Source: Deltaproteobacteria bacterium (GTDB taxonomy: Bacteria > Myxococcota_A > UBA796 > CAJQPC01). From it: a DNA stretch of 49,030 nt. The DNA is taken from positions 1-49,030 of the forward strand of contig JADKFE010000010.1 in assembly GCA_016717595.1 (NCBI GenBank), given 5' to 3'. The notes under the pieces were generated by a model. The model did not search any database, had not been told where the DNA came from, and saw only the letters and a program-made list of their open reading frames with translations. This document shows, piece after piece, positions 9,812 through 18,604 of this stretch; within the stretch, counting starts at the first letter, position 1, and every line of letters begins with the position of its first letter. The translations under genes were made by a program, and so were the position numbers.

Positions 9812-12037
9812 TCAGACGCGCTGGGCGCCTCGGGCGCGGCGCAGGCGATCGGACTCCCCTTCAGCGCGGCGGGCGGCGCGCACCTCGTCCTCCAAGCGGC
9901 GCAGAGCCTCTCCGGCGGCGGAGACCCGGTCTTGCTCGCCGATCAGCTCTTGGCGGGCTTTGCGGGCGGCGCCGCCGATGTCGAGGAGGCGCGCCGCCGT
10001 GGCCGTGAGCTTGGACTCCCAGCGGGCGTGCTCCTCTAAGGTGGCCTCGCGGTCGGCCTTGGCGGCGAGCAGCTCGGGGCGCTCGGTGGGGTCGGGGCGC
10101 TGACCGGCCTGCTCCATCGTCTCGACGCGGCGCAAGCGGGCCTCGATCTGGGCGAGGTCTTGGGCGATGGCCTCGGGGCGCAGCTCTTTGAGCCGACCAT
10201 CGAGGCGATCGGCCTCGGCGGCCAGGTCAGCGGCCTCGGCGCGCAGCTCGACGACGGTGCGGCGTAAGTCAGCCTCGGCGGGGGTGGGCAGCTCGGCCTG
10301 GCCGATCGCCAGCTCTAAGGCGGCGAGGGACTCCTCAACCCGGGCGAGGAGCTGGCCGCCGCGGGTCTTGGGCGGAGGCGGCGCGACCACCGGCGCGGCG
10401 ACGTTCGGCGGCGCAGGGGCGGCGGCGGCAGGTTCAGCGGCGGCGGCGCCGCGCTCCACACGCACCTGGGGGCGGCTGGCGAGCAGCTCGGGCAGACGCT
10501 CGGGGGTGACGTGGGCGCGCAGGTCTCGGCCATAGGCCAAGGGCACCTTGTCGGCGTTGCGCCCGGCGTTGGAGGCGGTCACCATCACGACGACGGAGAT
10601 GAGGATCATCACCGGGAGCGCCGCCATGGCCGAGCCGAAGGTGAGCCCCACGGCGATGGCCCACAACACCCACATCGGCCCCAGCAGGTTGGGCAGGGTG
10701 CGCATCACGCGGTTCACCCGGCCGTCTTCGTCTTCAGCGCGGCGGCGTTTTTTGGCGACGAAGCCCCGGCTCTCGGCCAAGGCGGCGAGGTTATCGACGG
10801 TGTCTTCGCTCACGCCAGAGACGAGGCGGAAGCGGCGCTGGTCGAGCACGGGGCTCACCAACAGGGCGTCGATGGGCAGCCCAGCCCGCAGCGCGACGCC
10901 GCGGGCGAGGAGCTCGGCGTCGGTGATCTCCTTGGACTCCGCCGTCCACTCTTCAGGGAGCTTGGGCAGGCCGAGCTGCACCACCACCTTGTTGATCGCC
11001 TCGGCGGCGTAGCGGGCGCTCGTCTTGCCCGCCCGGGCGCTGCGCCGGGCTTGCCTGCGGCTGGCTTGGCTGGAGTGGCGAAGCTCCAGCTCAAAGCGGC
11101 CTTCAGGCAAGGCCAACGGCGCGGGCTCTAAGGTGTAGCTGGGCTGGGGTGGCGGCGGCGGCGGGGGCTCGTCTTTGGGCGGCGCGCGGCGGTTCTGAGC
11201 CCGCGGCGGCGGGGCGACGATGCGCCCACGAAGGGCCTCGGCGACCTCAGCGGCGCCTTGGGGCCGCTCGTCTGGGGAGAGGCGCAAGAGCGCGTGGATG
11301 ATGGCGCAGAGGTCATCCGGCAGCTCAGGGCGCAGGCTGGCGAGGGGCTCGACCTCGCCGGAGAGCTGGCGTTTGAGCACGGCGGCGGCGTTGGGCCCGG
11401 CGAAGGGCGCCCGGCCTGAAGCGGCGTAGTACAGCACCGTGCCCAAGGAGTAGAGGTCGCTGCGGGGGTCGGCGCGCTCGCCGTCGTAGACCTCGGGGGC
11501 GGCGTGCCCGGCGGTGCCCAAGGCCCCGGTGTGCCGGGTGGACTGCCACTGCTCTAGCCGGGCGAGGCCAAAGTCGGTGAGCGTCGCCACGCCCGCGTCG
11601 TCGATCATCACGTTCGCCGGGGTGATGTCGCGGTGCAGCACGCCGGCGCGGTGGGCGGCGGCGAGCACGTCGGCCAGCCGCGCGCCGATGGCCCGCAGCG
11701 CCGTGCCGCCGATGGGGCCTTCAGCGGCCACCCGCTCGGAGAGGGTGCGGCCGGGGTGGTACGGCATCGACAAGGCGAGGTGCCCGTCGAGCTCGTGCAG
11801 CTCTTGGGCGAGCAGCGCGCCCTCATGTTTGATGAGCCCCGCCGTCATCACCTCGCGGCGCAGGCGCTCTCGGGTGGAGGCGTCGCCGACGAGGTGGGCG
11901 TGGAGGATCTTCAGCGCGACCCGGGCGCCGCGCACCCGATCTTCAGCCAGCCAGACCGTCGCCATGCCCCCACGGCCCAGCTCACCGATGAGCGTGAACC
12001 GCTCACCGAGCACCGCGCCCCGGGCCAAGGCGCTCAA
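9812..12037 (-). CDS. Membrane-anchored Ser/Thr protein kinase with Pro-rich linker, TM segment and C-terminal coiled coil
   Basis: Hanks kinase motifs GELGRGGMATVWLA, VALK, HRDITPANVMI, DFG. Hydrophobic VLWAIAVGLTFGSAMAALPVMILISVV. Ends 15 nt before hcrC-like start. Confidence 0.8.
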   Translation of the reverse strand: MSALARGAVLGERFTLIGELGRGGMATVWLAEDRVRGARVALKILHAHLVGDASTRERLRREVMTAGLIKHEGALLAQELHELDGHLALSMPYHPGRTLSERVAAEGPIGGTALRAIGARLADVLAAAHRAGVLHRDITPANVMIDDAGVATLTDFGLARLEQWQSTRHTGALGTAGHAAPEVYDGERADPRSDLYSLGTVLYYAASGRAPFAGPNAAAVLKRQLSGEVEPLASLRPELPDDLCAIIHALLRLSPDERPQGAAEVAEALRGRIVAPPPRAQNRRAPPKDEPPPPPPPQPSYTLEPAPLALPEGRFELELRHSSQASRRQARRSARAGKTSARYAAEAINKVVVQLGLPKLPEEWTAESKEITDAELLARGVALRAGLPIDALLVSPVLDQRRFRLVSGVSEDTVDNLAALAESRGFVAKKRRRAEDEDGRVNRVMRTLPNLLGPMWVLWAIAVGLTFGSAMAALPVMILISVVVMVTASNAGRNADKVPLAYGRDLRAHVTPERLPELLASRPQVRVERGAAAAEPAAAAPAPPNVAAPVVAPPPPKTRGGQLLARVEESLAALELAIGQAELPTPAEADLRRTVVELRAEAADLAAEADRLDGRLKELRPEAIAQDLAQIEARLRRVETMEQAGQRPDPTERPELLAAKADREATLEEHARWESKLTATAARLLDIGGAARKARQELIGEQDRVSAAGEALRRLEDEVRAARRAEGESDRLRRARGAQRV

Positions 12038-12113
12038 CCGCGCACCGGAGGCACCCGACCCGAGCTTGTCTGACGCGCCGCTTCAGTCACTGAGCACTTC
12101 CCTCCCCTGCTCC

Positions 12114-12944
12114 CTATTGTGGGGTGGCCGCCGCTGGCAAACCTTTCCCCAAACGGGCCATGGTGACCCACGCGGCGACGTCATCGACCTCCCAAGAGTT
12201 GTCGGACCCACGCCAGAGCAGGCGGCCGTCACCGTCGAGCACCAGGATGTGCAGGCTGTGGAGGATGTCGCCTTGGCTCTCGACCCGGCTGGCCCCGGCG
12301 CGTAACAACAGCGTCTTGAGCGCGTCGAGCTCTAAGCGGGCGAAGGTCCACGTTGCGGGGTTCGCGCCGCGCTCGGCGCCGTAGGCCTTGAGCACCTCCA
12401 GAGAGTCCCGGGCGGGGTCCAAGGTGACGCTCACGATGCGCCCGTGGCCGAGCTGGCCTTGAAGCTCCTTGAGCTTGCTCGCCAACAAGGGGCAGGCCTC
12501 GGGCATGGGGCAAGACGTGAACAAGAAGGTGAGCACCGTCGGCACGCCTTGGCCCGCGCCGATGAGCACCGGGCCGTCCACGCCGGGCATCGTGAGCGCC
12601 GGGAGCTGCTCCCCTTCAGCCAGGGCGATCACCGCGTCGGGGGCCAGGGCCAGGGGCTCCTCGTGGCCGGTGACCTTGGCGCCGATGATCCGCACCGTGC
12701 CGTCTTCAGCGGTCATCAGGTTCGCCTGGATGAGATCCCCAGGGCGAAGCTGCCGGGCGAGGTTGGGATCGACGACGAAGGTGGTGGCGCCCTCCTCAAA
12801 GGCGCCGGGCACGGGGCCGTGCTCCAGCCGCACGCTGTGCTGGCCGACGTCGCGCACCACGCCGTTGACGGAGTAGGTGTCTCCAGCGACAAAGTTACAG
12901 CCGGCCAGAGCGAAGACGGCGATGAGCCCGCGCATCAGAGGCAC
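12114..12944 (-). CDS. SCO1/SenC-family copper chaperone lipoprotein (thioredoxin-like)
   Basis: LAGC lipobox and FTSCPMPEACP (CxxxC) motif. Confidence 0.65.
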   Translation of the reverse strand: MPLMRGLIAVFALAGCNFVAGDTYSVNGVVRDVGQHSVRLEHGPVPGAFEEGATTFVVDPNLARQLRPGDLIQANLMTAEDGTVRIIGAKVTGHEEPLALAPDAVIALAEGEQLPALTMPGVDGPVLIGAGQGVPTVLTFLFTSCPMPEACPLLASKLKELQGQLGHGRIVSVTLDPARDSLEVLKAYGAERGANPATWTFARLELDALKTLLLRAGASRVESQGDILHSLHILVLDGDGRLLWRGSDNSWEVDDVAAWVTMARLGKGLPAAATPQ

Positions 12945-13314
12945 CTCCTGAGGTTGGCAAGCCTATTCACGCGGGCGCGCCGCGTCGACGGGGCGTCGTG
13001 TCGCGGGTAAACTCCTCAGATGCCCGAGTCTCCCGAGATCCCCGCCTCTTTGCCACGACGCGCCCTGCGGCGGGCGGGCAGAGCCGCGCTCAAGGCTCTG
13101 GGCGGCGCGGTGTATTACGCGATCTACCGCGAGCTGCCGAACCCCAACGATCCCGACCCCTACTGGCGTGAGATGCACCCCGACCAAGACAAAGGCACGG
13201 GGCGCCAAGGTGGGGACTTTGAGCCCCCGCCGGGGATCTGAGGTCACACGCTGATGCTCCCGCCCGCTGCTGTGGATCGGGCTCACCGCCTTCGCCCAAG
13301 ACCCTGGGCCCCTC

Positions 13315-15126
13315 GTGGGCGACCTCTTGGGGCCGATGCCCCCGGCCACGACGCTTCGGGATGTAGACGTTCACCCGGAGTACATCCGGCTGCGCTTCAC
13401 CACCGACCGCGACTTCATCGTTGAGCTGACCCCAAGCCGTGACGGCGCCTCGCCGGTGTGCAGCGGCGGCGGCGCCGATCTCTACGTGCGCCTGGACCTC
13501 GACGCCGATCAAGAGAGCTTCGACTGGGAGCCCCTGCCGCCCATCGTCGATCAGCTCTGCGCCCGGATGGTGGACCACCCGCCGCGGTTCCCGACCTCGG
13601 AGAAGGTGTTGGCCCCCGTCGCGCCGCCGCCGGATCCCGAGCGCCCGGCGCTGCCGTTTCGACCGATGCACGTCGTCGGCGTCCTCTGGGCCGTGGCGGT
13701 CCTCGCCGCCCTGCCGCGGGCGCCCTTGGCCTGGGGGGTGGGCCTTCTCGCGCTCTTGATCCGCCTGGGGCTCTCCCCGCGCTGGATCCTCGTCGGCGGC
13801 GACGCGGCCTATGAGCGCCTGCTCGACGCGAGGGGGCGCGGCGACTCCAACCCCTACTACGGCGACGGCTGGCAAGGGTTGATGGGCCTCGTGTACACGC
13901 TCCTGGGCGAGCCCAAGACGACGGACTGGGTTCACCTCACGAACCTCGGCTTCTCGGCCTTGACCGTGGTGGCGCTCGTGGGGCTGATCTCGGCCTTGGG
14001 GGGCAGCCCCCTCGCCGCGGGCCTCGCCGGGCTCGTGTTGGCCGCGGCCCCGCTGCCGGTGCGGCTGGCGGCCACAGAGACCGACTTTGTGCTCGTCGGG
14101 CTCGTGCAGGTGCTCGCGCTCTACGGCGCGGCGCGTGGGGATCGCCGCGGGGCGGCCCTCGCGGCGCTCTCTGTGGGCCTCTCCGTTCACCTGCGGCCCC
14201 TGGGCGGCGCCTTCGCGCTTCTGCCCTTGGGCATGCTCGCCTGGCGGCGCTCGGCCTGGGCCGTCGTGTTGGGCCTGGGGCTCTGCGCCTGGCGCGCGGT
14301 GGAGCTGCTGCCGCTCGTGCGTGAGGGCAGCGGCGTGGGGGTCATCCCCTTCGGTCGGCTTCTGGAGACGGACTTCTGGGTCAAGCGCCTCAACCCCTTG
14401 GGCCGCGCCCCGGCGCTGCACCTCAGCCCCTTGTGGTCGCCGTTGGCGTTGCCGCTCCTCGCCGTGGCCGCGGTGCAGCTCTCCAAGCCCGAGACCCGCC
14501 GCGCCTGGATCTGGCCCTTGGGCTTGGGCGTCGTGCTCAGCGAGCTGCCGTACCTGCCGAAGACCTCTCCCCTTGGCGATCCCCTGCGGTTTTTGCTCCC
14601 GGCGACGGCGATGTGGGCGGGGCTCGCGGGGTTTGGCGCGGCCTTGGCCTGGGAGGGCGGCGCCAAGGCCCGCCTGGTCCTGGCGGTGGCGGCCCTGAGC
14701 TTCGTCCCCCCATGGCTCTCAGGCCAGCCGCGCTGGACGTGGCAGGTTGAGCACCTGGCCTTCGTCGAGGCCACCCGACTCGCCCCCGAAGGCGCCGAGG
14801 TGCTCTTTGACCCGGCCTTTGACGAGAACGGCAAGATCAGGATGTGGCTCAACACCCGGGGCGGGGCGCGGTGGCGGCCTTGGGCGCTGGGAGAGACCCC
14901 CGCCGAGGGCGCCTTTGTTTACCTCGGCAGCGCCGATCACCACCGGCGTTTAGAGGCCGGCGGCGCCGGGCCGAGCTTGGCCCAAGGCTGCGCGCTCACG
15001 CCGCTGACCACGATGGAGCTGCCGCCCGAGACCGACGGCTGGATTGAGCTCGGCGACGCGCCGATCCCCGCCGGGCTCTACCGGGTCGGGGCCTGCGGCC
15101 AGGGCTCAGGCTCCCCAAACCCCTGA
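13315..15126 (+). CDS. Polytopic integral membrane protein, possible GT-C (PMT/ArnT-like) glycosyltransferase
   Basis: 603 aa, a ~110-aa soluble N-terminus followed by more than 10 hydrophobic helices. The start may be GTG at 13316. Confidence 0.5.
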   Translation: MGDLLGPMPPATTLRDVDVHPEYIRLRFTTDRDFIVELTPSRDGASPVCSGGGADLYVRLDLDADQESFDWEPLPPIVDQLCARMVDHPPRFPTSEKVLAPVAPPPDPERPALPFRPMHVVGVLWAVAVLAALPRAPLAWGVGLLALLIRLGLSPRWILVGGDAAYERLLDARGRGDSNPYYGDGWQGLMGLVYTLLGEPKTTDWVHLTNLGFSALTVVALVGLISALGGSPLAAGLAGLVLAAAPLPVRLAATETDFVLVGLVQVLALYGAARGDRRGAALAALSVGLSVHLRPLGGAFALLPLGMLAWRRSAWAVVLGLGLCAWRAVELLPLVREGSGVGVIPFGRLLETDFWVKRLNPLGRAPALHLSPLWSPLALPLLAVAAVQLSKPETRRAWIWPLGLGVVLSELPYLPKTSPLGDPLRFLLPATAMWAGLAGFGAALAWEGGAKARLVLAVAALSFVPPWLSGQPRWTWQVEHLAFVEATRLAPEGAEVLFDPAFDENGKIRMWLNTRGGARWRPWALGETPAEGAFVYLGSADHHRRLEAGGAGPSLAQGCALTPLTTMELPPETDGWIELGDAPIPAGLYRVGACGQGSGSPNP

Positions 15127-15276
15127 CAGGGATCCGCCTGCCGTCGGGATCTGCGCGAAGTGGGGAGCGAGGCCTGAGCGGGCCCGCCAAGGCGGACAAA
15201 GATTGGCGTTTCTTCAGGCGAGAATGATCCGAACCGATGAGGCGCGTTGTCCTCTGAGGTGAACGGAGGTGCCCCC

Positions 15277-15378
15277 ATGTCTGAATGGAGAGATCGTCTG
15301 CTGCGCTGGCTCGACGGGCTGCTCTTTTTCCCCGAGCCAGAGCCCGCCCGCGCTGAGGCCCGGCGGCGCCGTCGATGA
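15277..15378 (+). CDS. Small ORF (33 aa, MSEWRDRLLRWLDGLLFFPEPEPARAEARRRRR) translationally coupled to the downstream gene
   Basis: GGAGGT sits 6 nt upstream of the ATG. The stop overlaps the next ATG as ATGA. Below the ORF-track length cutoff. Confidence 0.3.
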   Translation: MSEWRDRLLRWLDGLLFFPEPEPARAEARRRRR

Positions 15379-15935
15379 ACCCCGCCTCGCGTGCTCGCGC
15401 AAGGGTCGCGCGGGTGACCGCCGCCCCCCACGACCCGCCCCTGCCCCGCCACTTCCACCGCATCGAGGCCCGGGGCCATGTGGTGTACTGCCTGAGCCCC
15501 TTGGCCCCCGCGGAGCTCGTCCAGGCCGGGGGGCTGCCCCGGGAGGCGATCCTCGGCGTCACCGACCGCGACGTCGGGGACTGGGCTTGGGGCCTTCGCC
15601 CAAACCAGCTCTTCATGGACCTCTTGACCCGCCTGCTCACCGAGCACGCGGAGCTTGAGCCGACGCTCACCCAGGCCGCCTTGGCGCTGCGGGTGGGCGT
15701 GCTGGAGCTCTGGGACGGCCGCGTCGGCTTCTCCCAGCGCGGTGAAGAGGATCTGCTCGGCTGCTTTCAGGTGCGTGAGGGTCGGCTGATGCCGCGCTCG
15801 TTCAACCCCAACCGGAGCTACACCTTGGTGACTGAGCGAGGCGCCATGCGGCTGCCCGCGCGACTTCAGGCGGCTCTGCTCGCCGAGCTGCGGTCGCTGC
15901 GGGTCTTGTGGCCTGGGCCCTCGACGACGCTCTGA
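15375..15935 (+). CDS. Hypothetical protein
   Basis: 186-aa ORF with coding-like composition. Confidence 0.4.
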   Translation: MNPASRARARVARVTAAPHDPPLPRHFHRIEARGHVVYCLSPLAPAELVQAGGLPREAILGVTDRDVGDWAWGLRPNQLFMDLLTRLLTEHAELEPTLTQAALALRVGVLELWDGRVGFSQRGEEDLLGCFQVREGRLMPRSFNPNRSYTLVTERGAMRLPARLQAALLAELRSLRVLWPGPSTTL

Positions 15936-15989
15936 GGCCACCGCGCCGAGGGTCATTTGCGCGGCGTCGGGTTCTCCCCGGCGTCGCGC

Positions 15990-16943
15990 TCAGCTCTCTG
16001 GGGCGTCGCTGCCGTTGTGGACGTTCACGATGGTGAGCTGCTCGACGGCGATGCGCACCTGGCCGCTGAGGCGGCGGCGCTCAAACAGCCGCGCGGCGCC
16101 CTCTACGCCCGCTTGGGCCACCTGCTCCCGGGCGCGGAAGAGGTGCAGGGTGAGCAGGCCGGGCTCTAAGGACAACATCCGCGAGAGCTCATCGGCGTAA
16201 CGCCAGCCCAGCTCCGCGGGGCGAACCCCGGCGGCGAGATCCTCTAGCCGCGCCCGGGCCAAGGCCAAGGTCACGAGGTGATGCACCCGAGAGCTGAGCA
16301 CGATGGCGCCGCCCCGGTGCTTGATCTCCACATCGACGTGCTCTTGATCTTGGCTCACGCGGAGGGTGAGGGCGATGGTCTCTAAGCGTGGGCGCAGAGA
16401 GGTGTCCCAGGTGGTGGGCAGCTCAGCGCTTCGCGGCGCGACGGGCAAGATGAGGCGCCAAGACTCGTCTCCTAAGACGAGGCGCTGGCCATCGAGCGCC
16501 TCGGACTCCAGGCCCTCGTGCTCGACGATCCAGTGGCCGTCGTTGCCTTCGTAGACGATGGCGAGCATCCCTTCCGCGCTGGGCAGGCTGAGGATCTCGG
16601 CCTCGGACACCCGCAGGAGCTGATCGGCCTCTCGGACCGCCGCCGCGCCTGGGGGGCCGTCGTGGGCGAGCACGAAGCCGCGGTGGGGGCCGAAGCGCAC
16701 GCTGACGCCGGCGCTGAGCCCGCGACCGCGGCCGCTCTCCAGGCGCTCGCCGTCTACAAAAGTGCCGTTTCGACTGCCAAGATCACGCAGTTGCCACTCT
16801 TTGCCGGTCCAGCGTAAAGCGGCGTGCTCAGCGCTGATCTGGCGATCGTCGATGCGCACGGCGCAGTGGCCCGCGCGGCCGATGAGCGTGCGCGCGCCGA
16901 GGGCGATCAGGGCGTGGTCGTCGTCGGATCGGAGAATTCCCAT
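15990..16943 (-). CDS. FHA-domain protein
   Basis: N-terminal FHA signature LIGRAGHCAVRIDDRQISAEHAALRW...LRDLGSRNGTFVDG. Confidence 0.75.
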   Translation of the reverse strand: MGILRSDDDHALIALGARTLIGRAGHCAVRIDDRQISAEHAALRWTGKEWQLRDLGSRNGTFVDGERLESGRGRGLSAGVSVRFGPHRGFVLAHDGPPGAAAVREADQLLRVSEAEILSLPSAEGMLAIVYEGNDGHWIVEHEGLESEALDGQRLVLGDESWRLILPVAPRSAELPTTWDTSLRPRLETIALTLRVSQDQEHVDVEIKHRGGAIVLSSRVHHLVTLALARARLEDLAAGVRPAELGWRYADELSRMLSLEPGLLTLHLFRAREQVAQAGVEGAARLFERRRLSGQVRIAVEQLTIVNVHNGSDAPES

Positions 16944-17130
16944 AGGCGGGAACGTAGCACGCTAGGTCACTCTGAACGCCCCCAACAGACGCCCTTGAGG
17001 GCCTGAACCAATCAAAGTCCGCACGATACCCGCCGAAATCAATTGAAAGAGAGGCGGCGAAGCGCCTGATCTATGCTGCGCTAGGTTCGCGCGGCGCGTG
17101 ACCCTGCGACCCCCTCACGGAGAATGACTG

Positions 17131-18604
17131 ATGTCCGGCAACACCTATGTGGTCCTGATTGGTGTCAACGAGTACCCCAAGCTTGGGGCGGGCGCCTCGC
17201 TCAAGGGCTCCTGCAACGACATGCGCCACTGGCTCCGCTTCGCCCGGGTGAGCCTCGGGGTGCCCGGCGAGCAGGTTCAGCTCCTCACCCACCCGGCCCT
17301 TGAGGGCGAAGACGTGCGGCTGCCCAAGGGCCACCACCGCGGCGCGAGCTTGGCCGAGGCGAACGGGGCGATCGACGCCCTCATCCATTGGCTGCAAGAG
17401 AACCCCACGGGCACCGGGCTCATCGTGTACTCCGGCCACGGCGGCCACATCAACCCCGGCGACGACCCCAACGCCACGGACTTTGACGGCGACCGCCTCG
17501 CCTTGGGCCTCAGCGACGCGGGAGATCACCGACGGCACCCTCCGCGGCGCCCTCGTCGTTCAGCAGCTTGACCTGCGCCTCGCCGCCTTGGGCTTGAACG
17601 AGCGCGTGACCTTGGTGATCGACGCCTGCTATGGCGACCTCAACGTGCAGCGTTTTGACCGGGAGCTGATCACCGCCGAGCCCCAGCCCGACGCCACGAC
17701 CGGCCTGCGGGTGCTGCTCTCCACCGCCGTCGGCGCGGCCAGCTACGAGGCCTACATCGCCGGTCAGTGGCAGAGCGCCTACTCCTTCGCGCTCCTCACC
17801 TTGCTCAGCCAGTGGGGCAACGCCCAGGTGGGCGGCGTTCACATCGTCCGGGCGAGCCACCGCGAGCTGACCTTCCGGGCGCGTGAGCTGCTCAACGTGC
17901 TCGGCTACACCGACCAGGCCCCGGCCTTCGCGGGGGCGGCGCGGGCGCTGGACGCCCCGTTCAACAACCCGTCGATCTTTGAGGTGCCGGTGAGGCCCTC
18001 GTGGGTGCCGGACGGCAACCGAAAGATCAAGGAGCTGGGCGGAGAGTCTGACGACCTGGGCGTCTGGACGTTGAAGACCGGCAGCACCATCCTCGCGACG
18101 GGGCTGGTGAACAACTCCGGCGCGGCGGTGAGCTTCAACGGCGGCGGCTCGACCATCCAGAACGGCAAGGCGATGTGGTACCTCCGCAGCACCGGGGCGC
18201 CGCAGAGCTTTGGCAGCCTCACGATGGAGTGGCTGGCGCAGACCGCCAGCGGCGGCTCGATCTCGTGGAACGTTCCCTCCAACCTCACTTATGCCGAGAC
18301 CGAGGACTACGCGCCGTCGATGACGACGATCACCACGGCCCCGGCGGGCACCTCCTTCGGCAACTTCAGCATCAACGACGGCAACAGCGACCCCAAGAGC
18401 ATGTGGGTGTCCGTCGAGGTGACCTCCAACGGCGCGGGCAGCTACAAGGTCAACACCCTCTCGTTCACCGCGACGAGCAGCGTCACGCCCTACCAAGTCA
18501 CCCCGTTGCCCCCGCCCGGCTCAAGCTCGGGGAGCTGGACCAAGAACCAGTCCAACATCCCCTTCACCGTCGGCGTGACCTACTCCTCCAACACCCTCGG
18601 CTGA
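17131..18604 (+). CDS. Caspase-like (peptidase C14) protease with ~300-aa beta-rich C-terminal domain; split by +1 indel near 17519-17522
   Basis: YVVLIGVNEYP...GSCNDM...LIVYSGHGGH (His) in the first ORF. The catalytic Cys motif VTLVIDACYGD appears only in the second ORF's frame. Junction ...LSDAG|EITDGTL. Confidence 0.65.

Noticed and set aside
13020-13241. 73-aa ORF between the SCO1 and membrane-protein genes
   Set aside because: No RBS, and the composition is ambiguous. It cannot be supported from sequence alone.
13090-14421. Long antisense ORFs (this one, plus 35844-38546 +, 42999-44225 -, 28887-30227 -, 24613-25734 +, 21080-21826 -, 3958-4884 -, 18175-19065 +)
   Set aside because: They are Arg/Gly/Pro/Ala-rich low-complexity translations. 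They overlap strongly supported genes on the opposite strand or in another frame. They are typical GC-bias artefacts.
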